Source: Burkholderiaceae bacterium
Lineage (GTDB): Bacteria > Pseudomonadota > Gammaproteobacteria > Burkholderiales > Burkholderiaceae_C
Assembly: GCA_036500605.1 (NCBI GenBank)
Contig: DASYBU010000014.1
Span: 3,150 to 67,149, forward strand
Direction of reading: 5' to 3'
Length of the DNA: 64,000 nucleotides
A program made the translations under genes and the position numbers. The first letter of the stretch is position 1; the number at the start of each line of letters is the position of its first letter. The notes beneath the pieces are model-generated. The model saw nothing but the letters and a program-made list of their open reading frames with translations. It was not told the origin of the DNA and made no database searches. Positions 9,562-18,335 of the stretch are shown here, one piece after another.

Positions 9562-11334
9562 TCAGTGGATCGACATCGGCGCATTGGCAGCGGGGAAGTC
9601 GACGAAGGCCTGGCTGCAGTCATAGGCGCTGGAGCTGGTGGTGCGAACGTCGATGACGTTGACCGCGTTCGCGCCCTTGGCCACCTGCAGCACGCTGGCG
9701 AACGACACCGGGCCGGGGCCCATCGTCAGTTCGGCAAACGACGGCACGGGCGCGCCGAGCTTGGTCGCGCCCCAGCCGGGCAGCGAGTCGAACACGACGT
9801 TGTCGAGCGTGATGCTGTAGAGGTAGTTGAACTGTCCCTGCGACTGGTAGCCGCGCAGCAGCAGCACCGCGTTCGTTCCGTTGTAGACCGAGCCCGCGGT
9901 GTCGAGATAGCGGAAGTTGCGGATCGTGATGTTGTGGATGTTCGGGAACAGCTTGGCGGTCGAGCCCGAGGCATCGCCGTAGTAGGTGTCGATCGCGATC
10001 GGCTGCTGCAGGCGCCGCGTGCACATGCCGTCCACGCTGATGTTCTGCACCTCGCCGCCGCGGCTGTCGTCCGTCTTGATGCGGAAGCCGCTCGTCGCGC
10101 CCATGTCGAAGCCGTCGATGGCGAGATCCTTGATCGTGATGCCGTTGACACCGGCATCCGTCTCGCTGCCGATCGACATGCCATGCGTGAAGTAGAAGCG
10201 GTTGTGCAGGATCTGCACATTGCTCGTCGGGCCCGTCGTGTGCGCCTTGATCGCGATGCCATCGTCGCCGTTGCTGATGTGGTTGAACGCGATCAGCACG
10301 TTCTGCGATTGGCCCGGGTCGATGCCGTCGGTGTTCTTGATCGTGGCCGGCGTGAAGCAGGTGCTCGGCGTCGTCACATTCGCGCTTCCCGAGACCACCG
10401 GCATCGTGCCGGCCGCGCAGGCATAGCCGGCCACCGAGTATTCGAGCGAGGGCGAAAGCACCTTGGTGCCCCAGGCCGTGAAGCCGACAGTGCCGCTCGT
10501 CACCACATGGAACTTCGGCGCGTTCTGCAAGGTGACGCGGTAGAGGTTGAAGTTCGTGCCGTTGTTGACCTGGACGAGGCGCGGGTTGTTCTGGCTGACG
10601 TTGCTCATCGTCTTGGTGAGCGCGCCGACGTCCCACCAGGTCAGCTTGTTGGCGTAGGCGCCCGAGGTCAGCACCGCGCCGCCGCGGCCGTCGATCACGC
10701 CGTCGCCAACCACGCCGTTGCCGTTCGGCGTGGTGGTGATCAGGGCCGAGCAGCCGTTGTCGCTGGCCGAAGCCTCGCCGCAGCTGTTCTTGCCGGCGAT
10801 CTGGAAATCGGAAGGCTTGCGCGATGCGAACAGTGTGGCGCCGCTGTCGATCCACAAGGTGACGGTGCCGGTCAGCGTGAGCGGGCCCGACAGAAAAGCG
10901 TTCTCGCCCGCGCTGCCGACGACGAGCTTCACGGCCTGCCCGGCCGGGCACGCGGTGATGGCGGCCTGGATGCGCGCTGTATCGGGCTGCGAGTTGGCCG
11001 GCGGTGCGTCGACCGAGGCATCGAGCAGGCCGCTGTTCTTGCGCAGCGTCGCGCTCAGGGTGGTGCAGACGGTCGTGGGCAGCGCAGGCTCCTTGCCCTG
11101 CACGAGGGGATCGGCCAGAGCGGCAGCGGGCCACACCGAAGGCGTGGTCGGTGCGCTCGGCGAACTGGGTGGGGTTGGCGTTGTCGGGCTCGTAGCGCCG
11201 TCACTGCCGTCCCCGCCGCCGCAGGCGGCAAGGGTCAGGCCTGCGGCGAGGCTGATCAGGCAAGCTCGGGTGCCCAAGGCGCGAAGCCGTGCATCACGTG
11301 CATCACGTGCATCAGCGGGAAATGCTGCTTTCAA
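9562..11334 (-). CDS. Glycoside hydrolase family 28 (polygalacturonase-like, right-handed beta-helix) lipoprotein
   Basis: 590 aa with lipobox LTLAAC-GGG and the GH28 motifs NTDG, NHISNGDDGIAIK, THGMSIGSE and GFRIKTDDSRGG. It sits 28 bp upstream of the DUF11 lipoprotein on the same strand. The true start may lie downstream of the 11334 ATG. Confidence 0.8.
   Translation of the reverse strand: MKAAFPADARDARDARLRALGTRACLISLAAGLTLAACGGGDGSDGATSPTTPTPPSSPSAPTTPSVWPAAALADPLVQGKEPALPTTVCTTLSATLRKNSGLLDASVDAPPANSQPDTARIQAAITACPAGQAVKLVVGSAGENAFLSGPLTLTGTVTLWIDSGATLFASRKPSDFQIAGKNSCGEASASDNGCSALITTTPNGNGVVGDGVIDGRGGAVLTSGAYANKLTWWDVGALTKTMSNVSQNNPRLVQVNNGTNFNLYRVTLQNAPKFHVVTSGTVGFTAWGTKVLSPSLEYSVAGYACAAGTMPVVSGSANVTTPSTCFTPATIKNTDGIDPGQSQNVLIAFNHISNGDDGIAIKAHTTGPTSNVQILHNRFYFTHGMSIGSETDAGVNGITIKDLAIDGFDMGATSGFRIKTDDSRGGEVQNISVDGMCTRRLQQPIAIDTYYGDASGSTAKLFPNIHNITIRNFRYLDTAGSVYNGTNAVLLLRGYQSQGQFNYLYSITLDNVVFDSLPGWGATKLGAPVPSFAELTMGPGPVSFASVLQVAKGANAVNVIDVRTTSSSAYDCSQAFVDFPAANAPMSIH
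11290..11316. repeat. 9-bp tandem repeat (GCATCACGT)x3 inside the 5' end of the GH28 ORF, encoding (DAR)3
   Basis: Direct reading of the sequence: gcatcacgt gcatcacgt gcatcagcg. Confidence 0.8.
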
Positions 11335-11378
11335 AAGAGTGTCTCCGGTTCTCGTTCTATGGGCTCAGGCCCTATTTT

Positions 11379-11424
11379 TGATATATCAGTTTCGTTATCG
11401 CTATTACTTCTCTGATATATCAGT
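11379..11424. promoter_or_regulatory. Twin palindromic operator-like sites (TGATATATCA core, two copies 34 bp apart) in an AT-rich island upstream of the GH28 gene
   Basis: tgatatatcagt occurs at 11379-11390 and 11413-11424, and the second copy is the perfect 12-bp palindrome ctgatatatcag. They lie in an AT-rich patch, 45-90 bp upstream of the minus-strand GH28 start, within ~68% GC DNA. Confidence 0.55.
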
Positions 11425-11537
11425 ATGTTGTTAGTTGTACCGGGGTGGGTGCCGGGTGTCAATCGGGTTGCCCCGGGCGGTCGCGCCGAAAGCCGCCGTC
11501 TTGAGTGCGGGGCGGCGGCTCTGCGAATGTTTGCAAA

Positions 11538-11590
11538 GGTGCCGTCCGGTGCGGCGGTGCGGCGGTGCGGCGGTGGGCCGGTGGGCCCGC
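11538..11590. repeat. 8-bp tandem repeat (CGGTGCGG x3, then CGGTGGGC x2) in the intergenic region
   Basis: Direct reading of the sequence: cggtgcggcggtgcggcggtgcggcggtgggccggtgggcc. Confidence 0.75.
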
Positions 11591-11723
11591 GTTACTGCGG
11601 ACGCCAAACGCTGGCTCGGTGGTCGCTCGGGAGAGGCCGTCCGACGGCAGGCACTGCCGCCGGCCTGCGCCACGGTGACGGCAGTCGCGTGACCGCATCG
11701 CCCGCTGGCGCCTTCAGCTCAGC

Positions 11724-13016
11724 TCAACTCAACTGATCGCCCAAATACTCAATCACCCGCTTGTCCCGGAAGTAGTTCGTGTGGTGCGTGACAGGACCCA
11801 CGCCGAGCGCCTCGAACACGATATTGCCGCCCTCGCCGAGGCGGAACATCGAGTCCACATCCACGACCAGATCGTTGGGGCCGGGGAACACCAGGTCGGC
11901 GGCGCCGTACTTGATCTGATCACCCACATGGCTGAAGCGTTTCCAGAACTTCCAGATCGGCTGCGCGCTCTCGTCCGGCTGGAAGGACGCGCCGATGCCG
12001 CTCATCTTGGGCGTGCAGAGCCAGGGGTCCGAGAACAGCTGCTGCACATCCATATTGTTCTTGACCAGTTGCTGCGTGGCCAGCCCCGGCACCAGGCCCA
12101 CGGCCGCATCGACGATCGGCGTGGTGCTGCCCAGGTGAAGCACCTTGCCGAAGATCTTGGCGAGCAGCGAGACGCCCGCGGCGAACGGCATGACGCCGCT
12201 CGCGTGCTGGGTGACGGTGGCCACCGCATCGGCATAGCTGGCGATCATGTCGAGCGCGGCGCGCAGCTTGTCGGGCGCGGCCAGGCTCGTGCCGATCAGC
12301 GGCGAGGCCACGAAGATCACGCGCTCCACCGGCACGGCGCGCAGCCGCATCAACCAGCCCACCACGAGGCCGCCGCGGCTGTGGCAGACCACGTCGATCG
12401 GCACGCTCACGTTCAGCAAGGCGCGGTGCAGGTCGAGCGCGTTGGACCAGGCCGCCACCGACAGCGTCGGGTGCCCAAAGGCCAGGATCGCCGTGTACTT
12501 CTGCTCCCAGCCGGCCAGCAACTGCTTGCCCGCCTCGCTCGCCTTCAGCTCGTCAAACCACATCTGCGATTTGCTGAAGGTGCCGTGCACGAGCAGCAGC
12601 ACGCGGCCTTTGTCGATCTTCGGCTGAGCGTCCTTCACCAACTGGCCACCCTGACCGCCCTGCCAGCGCTGCAGGCCCTGCTCCGGCGTGAGCCAGGCAT
12701 CGGCATCGATCAGCTTGCCGGTCACGGCATTGGCGCCGAAGTCGTTGAATCGAAAACTCTGCACCACGTCGTCAGGTGCCACGCGAATCGAGCGGTAGGA
12801 ACGGCGGCCCGTGCCGCCCGGTGTGGTCGGTGGCGAGTAGACCCAGCGCAGCAGGCCATCTTCGTCGCGCACCAGCTCGACCTTGGCGCGGCCGTCGGCA
12901 TCAAGCGCGGCGGAGCGGCGGCGGCGCTGGCCGATCGGCAGCGTGCTGACCGGCGCGGGCGGCTCATCCAGCTCAAGCCGGGCGCTCACCTTGTCCCACA
13001 GATCCTTGCTGCTCAT
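11724..13016 (-). CDS. Alpha/beta-hydrolase-fold protein with a lipase-type nucleophile elbow (VVCHSRGGLV), roughly 120-aa N-terminal extension, no signal peptide
   Basis: 430 aa with an xHSxGG elbow and a putative acid/His region further downstream. It overlaps the upstream 773-aa gene by 4 bp. The opposite-strand ORF at 11781..13250 is Arg/Ala-rich antisense. Confidence 0.65.
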   Translation of the reverse strand: MSSKDLWDKVSARLELDEPPAPVSTLPIGQRRRRSAALDADGRAKVELVRDEDGLLRWVYSPPTTPGGTGRRSYRSIRVAPDDVVQSFRFNDFGANAVTGKLIDADAWLTPEQGLQRWQGGQGGQLVKDAQPKIDKGRVLLLVHGTFSKSQMWFDELKASEAGKQLLAGWEQKYTAILAFGHPTLSVAAWSNALDLHRALLNVSVPIDVVCHSRGGLVVGWLMRLRAVPVERVIFVASPLIGTSLAAPDKLRAALDMIASYADAVATVTQHASGVMPFAAGVSLLAKIFGKVLHLGSTTPIVDAAVGLVPGLATQQLVKNNMDVQQLFSDPWLCTPKMSGIGASFQPDESAQPIWKFWKRFSHVGDQIKYGAADLVFPGPNDLVVDVDSMFRLGEGGNIVFEALGVGPVTHHTNYFRDKRVIEYLGDQLS

Positions 13017-15334
13017 GACCTCTCCTCCACCACAGGCAGGGGCGTGATGCCGTTCATCCGCGCGGTCACGATGTCGAGCACCGAGTGGAAGTCATCGGCC
13101 TCGGCCAGCGCATCGATGCCCGCCTCCACCGCTTCCACAAAGCCGCAATGCTCGGTCAGCCGCACGGTTTCGATCGGCACCAGGCGCCGCGCGCGGATCA
13201 ATTGCCTGACCTCGCGGTACGGCGCGTTGCCGATCGCCTGCCAGGCATAACGCTGCAAGCTGGCGGAGGAGTTGCGATCAGCCGCACCGGCCATCGCGCC
13301 ATGCGCGCCGTCATTGCTGACCGCCAGATAGTCGGCCTGGAAGCTGTTGTGCCGCCAGTAGCCGGGCAGCGCATGGCCGTTGAGCAGGAAGATCACCGGG
13401 TACACATCGATCAGCTCAAGGCACGCCGCGAACAGCAAGGCCAGGTCGATGCAGGTGCCGGCCCGCGCTCCGATGATCGTCGACGGCGTGCGCAGCCGCT
13501 GCGAATCGAGCTTGCTGCTGTAGGAAGGCGGCGGGTTGATGTAGCCGAGCTGCCATTCATGCAGCAGCGCCGCCCAGATCGCCTGCACTTGCAGGTCGAC
13601 CTCGCGCAGTTGCTCTTCCTCGGTGCTCGGCGCGGCCTGATAACCCTCAAAACCAGCAGCAGGGTTGTCGCGCAGCACGCGCACGTAGCGCTGCGCGAGC
13701 TCCACGGCGCGGACCACGGCCGGGTCGCGCGGCAGCACGAACGAAGGCAGCCACTGGCCGTCCTTCTCGTTGTCGCGCCATTGGTCCACGGGCAGCAGGC
13801 GCAGGCGATGGCTGTCGCGCGTCAGCACCTTGTCGTTGTGGCTGAGCTGGACCATCAGCGTGCTGTTGACCGCCTCCTGCAAGGAGCGCATCAGCGAGGC
13901 CGTGAGCGGCACATGCACCTCGGCGCTGAGGTCAAAGCGCGTCTCGCTCGCCACGAAACGCTTGCGAAAGCGTGCCTGCTCGGGGCCGAGCTGCAACTCC
14001 ACATCCACGCTGAGCCAGTCGTCGGGCTTGGCGCTGCCGCGCTCCACCACGATCTGGCGGAACAGGCGGCCGTTGTTGTGCAGCACCGCGTAGTTGAGTT
14101 CGACCTCGGGCACGGCCAGCAGGCGCGGCGCCGTGTCGGCATCGCGCAATTCAGCGGCGACAGGTTCACCGCGCGTCAGTGCATCTTCGTTGAGCGGCTC
14201 GCCCATCCACAGCGTCACGCCGGTGGCGCGCGTCGCGTTGGGTTCCTTGCGCGCGCGCAGCCAGGCGCTCTCGAAGGCATGCGGCAGGTTCCAGATCTTC
14301 TGATCGAGCTGGCTGTAGACGAGCTCGAAGAAGAAGTCCACGAGCTGGTTCTCGATCGCGTCCTGGAAGCCGACCGCCGACAAGGCCGCGCGCTCGGCCA
14401 CGATCAGCGCCGCGGTGCGCGCGGCCGAGTTGTTGAGGCTCACGCCGACGAAGTAGGCGCAATGCTCGCCGCCGGCATTGAGCGCCTCGGCCAGGCGCTG
14501 CGCACCGATCACCGCCACGCCGCCGATCTCGCCGGTCAACAGCATGCCGTCGGGAATCGCCTGTTCCTTGCTGAGCACATCGTCGAGCTGCATCGGCCCG
14601 ATCTCGGCCTCGACCATCTCGTGCGCGGGCACCAGGTCGCGCAGCGCCTTCAGGCCGGCCAGATTGTCGAAGCCGCTCAGGTGGATCAGGTCGGGCTTGC
14701 GGTGCCTGACCACGTCATGCAGCTGCTGACAGGTCGGGTCCTTCAGCTCGATCAGCTTGATGCCGCCGAGCGCGCGCTTGAGCCGCTTCGTCTCGGCGCT
14801 GAAATCCCAGTTCTGGCGCAAGCCGCCCGGCGCGCTCTGCACATAGAGCAAGGTGCGCTGCTGGGATTCGCTCCAGTTGACCGGCGCCTTGGGCACCAGT
14901 TCGCGCATCACGGTGAAATGATGGTTATCGATATTGCGGTAACGCCGCGTGGCCTTGGCCAGCAGGTATTCCCACGGGAAGACGCGGCCCTGCCAGCCCT
15001 CGCTTTCCTTCGTGTAAGGCATGCGCACCACGATGCGCGGCACGCGGGCCAGCGCTTCCAGATCGGCGTCCTGGAGGCCGAAACCCTTGAGCGTGCGCAT
15101 GGCCTGTTCCTCGCGGCTGGCGGTGGCGTCGCTCGAACCGAGCCAGCGCTCACGCGCTCGCAACACGTAGGTCCAGCGCATCGCCTCGGTGTCGAGCCGG
15201 CACACGGCCACGCCTTCCTCCGGCGCACGGCCCAGGGCAATCGTGCGGCCGGGGATGACCAGGGAAATCCGCGCCAGAACAGGGTCGTTGCCTGGAGACT
15301 TGGGCATCACGCGCTCCCGATGAAGACGCGCCAT
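13013..15334 (-). CDS. Large cytoplasmic protein with a C-terminal transglutaminase-like cysteine-protease core and a central CHAT/caspase-like region (function unknown)
   Basis: 773 aa. The C-terminal segment GTCIDLALLFAACLELIDVYPVIFLLNGHALPGYW has the spacing of a transglutaminase-like Cys/His core. A central region with DLIHLSGFDN and GGVAVIGAQRLAEALNAGGEHCAYFVGVSLNNSAA resembles CHAT-domain motifs, but the expected Cys appears to be Thr in LLTGEIGG. No signal peptide. The plus-strand 1275-aa ORF at 13085..16912 is an antisense artefact. Confidence 0.6.
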   Translation of the reverse strand: MARLHRERVMPKSPGNDPVLARISLVIPGRTIALGRAPEEGVAVCRLDTEAMRWTYVLRARERWLGSSDATASREEQAMRTLKGFGLQDADLEALARVPRIVVRMPYTKESEGWQGRVFPWEYLLAKATRRYRNIDNHHFTVMRELVPKAPVNWSESQQRTLLYVQSAPGGLRQNWDFSAETKRLKRALGGIKLIELKDPTCQQLHDVVRHRKPDLIHLSGFDNLAGLKALRDLVPAHEMVEAEIGPMQLDDVLSKEQAIPDGMLLTGEIGGVAVIGAQRLAEALNAGGEHCAYFVGVSLNNSAARTAALIVAERAALSAVGFQDAIENQLVDFFFELVYSQLDQKIWNLPHAFESAWLRARKEPNATRATGVTLWMGEPLNEDALTRGEPVAAELRDADTAPRLLAVPEVELNYAVLHNNGRLFRQIVVERGSAKPDDWLSVDVELQLGPEQARFRKRFVASETRFDLSAEVHVPLTASLMRSLQEAVNSTLMVQLSHNDKVLTRDSHRLRLLPVDQWRDNEKDGQWLPSFVLPRDPAVVRAVELAQRYVRVLRDNPAAGFEGYQAAPSTEEEQLREVDLQVQAIWAALLHEWQLGYINPPPSYSSKLDSQRLRTPSTIIGARAGTCIDLALLFAACLELIDVYPVIFLLNGHALPGYWRHNSFQADYLAVSNDGAHGAMAGAADRNSSASLQRYAWQAIGNAPYREVRQLIRARRLVPIETVRLTEHCGFVEAVEAGIDALAEADDFHSVLDIVTARMNGITPLPVVEERS

Positions 15335-15361
15335 CCTACGCCCGCTTTTCGCGGGCTCCGT

Positions 15362-16861
15362 TCAGGCCCAGAGGCGTTGGCGCAAGCCCGGGCTGACGCG
15401 ATAGCGCTCGCTGCGATAGGCCTCGAACAGCTCATCGAGCAGCGCCACGATGGGCGCCGGGCCGACGGCCGCGAGCCACTCGAAAGGCCCGGCCGGATAG
15501 TTGACACCGAGCTTCATCGCCGTGTCGGCGGCGGCCTCGTCGCAGACGCCTTGCCAGACCGCATCGCTGCCTTCGTTGACCAGCATCGCGATCGTGCGAG
15601 CGACCGCCAGCCCCGGCGCATCGCGCAGCCACAGCGGCTCCCAGCCCAGCGCATGCCAGAGATCGGAGACCTGCGCGCGCGCGGCCTCGCTCATGCGCGG
15701 CGCGGCCGCGAGGGCCAGGCCATCGGCGCGATCGGGGTTCAGAGGCCAGTCCATCACCGCCAGGTCGGCATGGCTGCGCTCGGCCGAGAGCTGGGCGGCG
15801 CAGCGGCCGTCGGTCAGATGAATCTGGACGTTAGCAATCTTGAGCCCGACCCAGACGGCCGGTTCGGCGCGCGTGAATTTGAGCCCGCGCTGCACGAGCC
15901 AGTGGCCCAGGCGCTCGACCAGCGGGCCGCGGCCCATCAAGCTCAAGGACGGCAGTTCGCCCGCGAAAGGCGGCACGGGCTCAGGCGCCGCCGGCGTGCC
16001 GACATAAAAGCCGCGTCCGACCTTGCGGCCCAGCCGCCCGCCGTCGACGAGCGCGCGTTGCACCAGCGAAGGCATGTAGCGCTTGTCTGCGAAATTCGCC
16101 TCGAAGACCGATTGCGTGACGAGAAAATTGGTGTCGTGGCCGATCAGGTCCATCAGCTCGCAAGGGCCCATGCGGAAGCCCACGCCGCGCAGCGCACGGT
16201 CGAGCGTTGCCGGTTCGGCGGCACGTTCCAGCAGCAGCGCCAGCGTCTCGGCGTAGTACGGCCGCGCGATGCGGTTGACGATGAAGCCCGGCGTGGACTG
16301 CGCATGCACGGGCGTCTTGCCCCAGCGCTTCGCGAGCGCCTCAACCGCCTGCGCCGCGGCCGGATCGGTCTCGGCGCCCGAGACCACTTCCACCAGCTTC
16401 ATCAGCGGCACGGGGTTGAAGAAATGCATGCCGACGAGCCGCTGCGGGTTCGTCATGCCGTTGGCCAGCGCGGTGACACTGATCGACGAGGTGTTGGTGG
16501 CGATCAACGCGCCTTCGCCGAGCAGGCCGTCGAGCTCGCGCAGCAAGGCCTGCTTGGGTTCGAGTTTCTCGACGATCACCTCGATCACGAGCGCACAGCC
16601 GGCGAGATCGGCCACCGTCGTGACCGGCGTGATGCGCGAGATCAGCGCCGTGGCCTCGGCCGTCTCCATGCGGCCTTTGGCGACCAGGCCGGCCAGCGAC
16701 TTGGAGGTCTGCGCGATCGCCGCGGCGGCCGCGCCCTCACGCGCATCGAGCAGGCGCACCGCGTGCCCGGCCTGCGCCGCGACCTGCGCAATGCCCGCGC
16801 CCATGATGCCGGCGCCCACAACACCGATCAAGGCATCGGGCTTGACGTCAAACTGCTTCAT
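15362..16861 (-). CDS. paaH: 3-hydroxyacyl-CoA dehydrogenase (about 500-aa PaaH/3-hydroxyadipyl-CoA dehydrogenase type)
   Basis: N-terminal Rossmann motif GVVGAGIMGAGIAQV followed by 3HCDH N- and C-terminal domains; length is typical of PaaH. Confidence 0.85.
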   Translation of the reverse strand: MKQFDVKPDALIGVVGAGIMGAGIAQVAAQAGHAVRLLDAREGAAAAAIAQTSKSLAGLVAKGRMETAEATALISRITPVTTVADLAGCALVIEVIVEKLEPKQALLRELDGLLGEGALIATNTSSISVTALANGMTNPQRLVGMHFFNPVPLMKLVEVVSGAETDPAAAQAVEALAKRWGKTPVHAQSTPGFIVNRIARPYYAETLALLLERAAEPATLDRALRGVGFRMGPCELMDLIGHDTNFLVTQSVFEANFADKRYMPSLVQRALVDGGRLGRKVGRGFYVGTPAAPEPVPPFAGELPSLSLMGRGPLVERLGHWLVQRGLKFTRAEPAVWVGLKIANVQIHLTDGRCAAQLSAERSHADLAVMDWPLNPDRADGLALAAAPRMSEAARAQVSDLWHALGWEPLWLRDAPGLAVARTIAMLVNEGSDAVWQGVCDEAAADTAMKLGVNYPAGPFEWLAAVGPAPIVALLDELFEAYRSERYRVSPGLRQRLWA

Positions 16862-16870
16862 TCATCACCA

Positions 16871-17644
16871 TCACATCCATCCAGGAGAACGTTTTTCGAG
16901 AAAGGCCGATAAGCCTTCGCGCGCCTCGTCGCCCAGACGGACGCCGGCGATCGTGTTCGCCGTGAGTGCGCGTAATTCGGGCGTTATGGGCCCGACTTCG
17001 AGTTGTGAAAACAATTGCTTGAGCCGACTCTGCGCTTGCGGCCCGCAAGCCAGCAGTTCGCCGATCCAGCGTTCTTCGCAGGCATCGAGATCCTCGGCCA
17101 CTTCATGCAGCAGGCCGATCCTCAAGGCTTCTTCCGCCCCAATGCGGCTGGCGGTCAGCCCGAGCCGGCGCGCCTGCCGCAGCCCCACCGCATTGACCAG
17201 ATACGGCGCGATCACGGACGGAATCAAGCCGAGCCGCGCCTCGCTGACCGCGACCTGCGCCTTCGGCGCGGCAATCGCGATATCGCAGGCGCAGATCAGG
17301 CCCACGCCGCCGCCCAGCGCCACGCCATGCACGCGCGCCAGCGTCGGCTTCGGGCAATCGTGGATCGCGGCCATCATGGCGGCGAAGCGGCCGGCATCGG
17401 CCTCGTTCCATGCGAGCGAGCTCTCGGCCGCGCGGCGCATCCACTGCACATCGGCACCGGCCGAAAAAGCCTTGCCTGCGCCGGCCAGCACGATCACGCG
17501 CACGGCCGGGTCGCTGCCCAGCCGCGTGAAGGCTTCGGTCAGCGCGGCGATCAGCGTCTCGTCAAAAGCGTTGAAGACCTCGGGCCGATGCATGAGGAGA
17601 TACGCAACGCCGCGCGCATCAATGCGCTCTTGCAGCACGGTCAT
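16871..17644 (-). CDS. Enoyl-CoA hydratase/isomerase (crotonase family)
   Basis: 257 aa from the ATG at 17644 (MTVLQERIDARGVAYLLMHRPEVFNAF...GAGKAFSAGADV...). The track ORF 16871..18094 carries a 5' over-extension. Confidence 0.85.
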   Translation of the reverse strand: MTVLQERIDARGVAYLLMHRPEVFNAFDETLIAALTEAFTRLGSDPAVRVIVLAGAGKAFSAGADVQWMRRAAESSLAWNEADAGRFAAMMAAIHDCPKPTLARVHGVALGGGVGLICACDIAIAAPKAQVAVSEARLGLIPSVIAPYLVNAVGLRQARRLGLTASRIGAEEALRIGLLHEVAEDLDACEERWIGELLACGPQAQSRLKQLFSQLEVGPITPELRALTANTIAGVRLGDEAREGLSAFLEKRSPGWM

Positions 17645-17676
17645 GGCGAGCTCCCCGATCGGATCAAGACATCGGA

Positions 17677-18279
17677 TCAAGACAAGAGCTTGATCAGCGC
17701 ATCCGGGTGGATGGCGCTGGAGCCGATCAGCCCCGCCAGGCCCATGATCACGCCGAACACCGAGGGCACGAGCGCGAGCCAGTACATCCACCACAGGCCG
17801 GTCAGTGCGGTCACGGCCAACATGGCGATCGCGATCGCGAGCAGCGCGTCGGACAGGTCGAACTGGTCGTCGTGGAAATTCAGCGCGTCGTACTGCTTCT
17901 GCGCGCCTTCGGCCTGGGCCTTGAGCTCGTTCTTCTTGCGCTCCTGCTCGGCCGCCGCAGCTTGCTGCTTGGTGATCAGGGCATCGAGCGCGGGCTGCTG
18001 CGCGGGCGTGGCCAGCACGCGCTGCGTCTGCAACTGCACGACGCTGGTCTCGAGCACTTCCTGGCGGATATTGCGCGCCTGGTAGTAGCCCCAATCGTCC
18101 AGCTTGTCGGCCTGCGCCTGCTGCATGCCCTGGACGATGTTGTCGTCCTTGACCTTGCAGATCGCCATGAAGGTGGCCAGCAAGGCCACGGAAACGGCTA
18201 CCGCCGCATTGAGCCGGTGCTTGCTGCGATCCGACTCTTGCTGCGCTTGTTCAACAGTTTCGAGGATGTCGATGTCCAT
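17677..18279 (-). CDS. DUF4337-like small membrane protein
   Basis: 200 aa with an N-terminal amphipathic region, a coiled-coil, and a C-terminal transmembrane pair (LLAIAIAMLAVTALTGLWWMYWLALVPSVFGVIMGLAGL). Confidence 0.5.
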   Translation of the reverse strand: MDIDILETVEQAQQESDRSKHRLNAAVAVSVALLATFMAICKVKDDNIVQGMQQAQADKLDDWGYYQARNIRQEVLETSVVQLQTQRVLATPAQQPALDALITKQQAAAAEQERKKNELKAQAEGAQKQYDALNFHDDQFDLSDALLAIAIAMLAVTALTGLWWMYWLALVPSVFGVIMGLAGLIGSSAIHPDALIKLLS

Positions 18280-18335
18280 GGGGGCGAATGCTACCCGCAG
18301 AAGCGTTTACGTGACAGCAACGGCGTGCGGTCAAA

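Noticed and set aside
8138-9625. 495-aa plus-strand ORF opposite the DUF11-repeat lipoprotein
   Set aside because: It is a mirror of the repeat structure with no signal peptide or start context. The minus frame has a lipobox, is followed by a terminator, and shows DUF11 periodicity.
9565-11415. 616-aa plus-strand ORF, and a 504-aa alternative minus frame (9620..11134), over the GH28 gene
   Set aside because: Only the 9562..11334 minus frame carries the GH28 motifs (NTDG, GDDG, RIK) and the lipobox. The others are Arg-rich shadow frames.
13085-16912. 1275-aa plus-strand ORF spanning the transglutaminase-like gene and paaH
   Set aside because: Its Arg/Ala/Gly/Gln-rich composition and lack of motifs are typical of antisense reading in ~70% GC DNA. 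The opposite strand carries recognisable Rossmann, 3HCDH and transglutaminase-like motifs.
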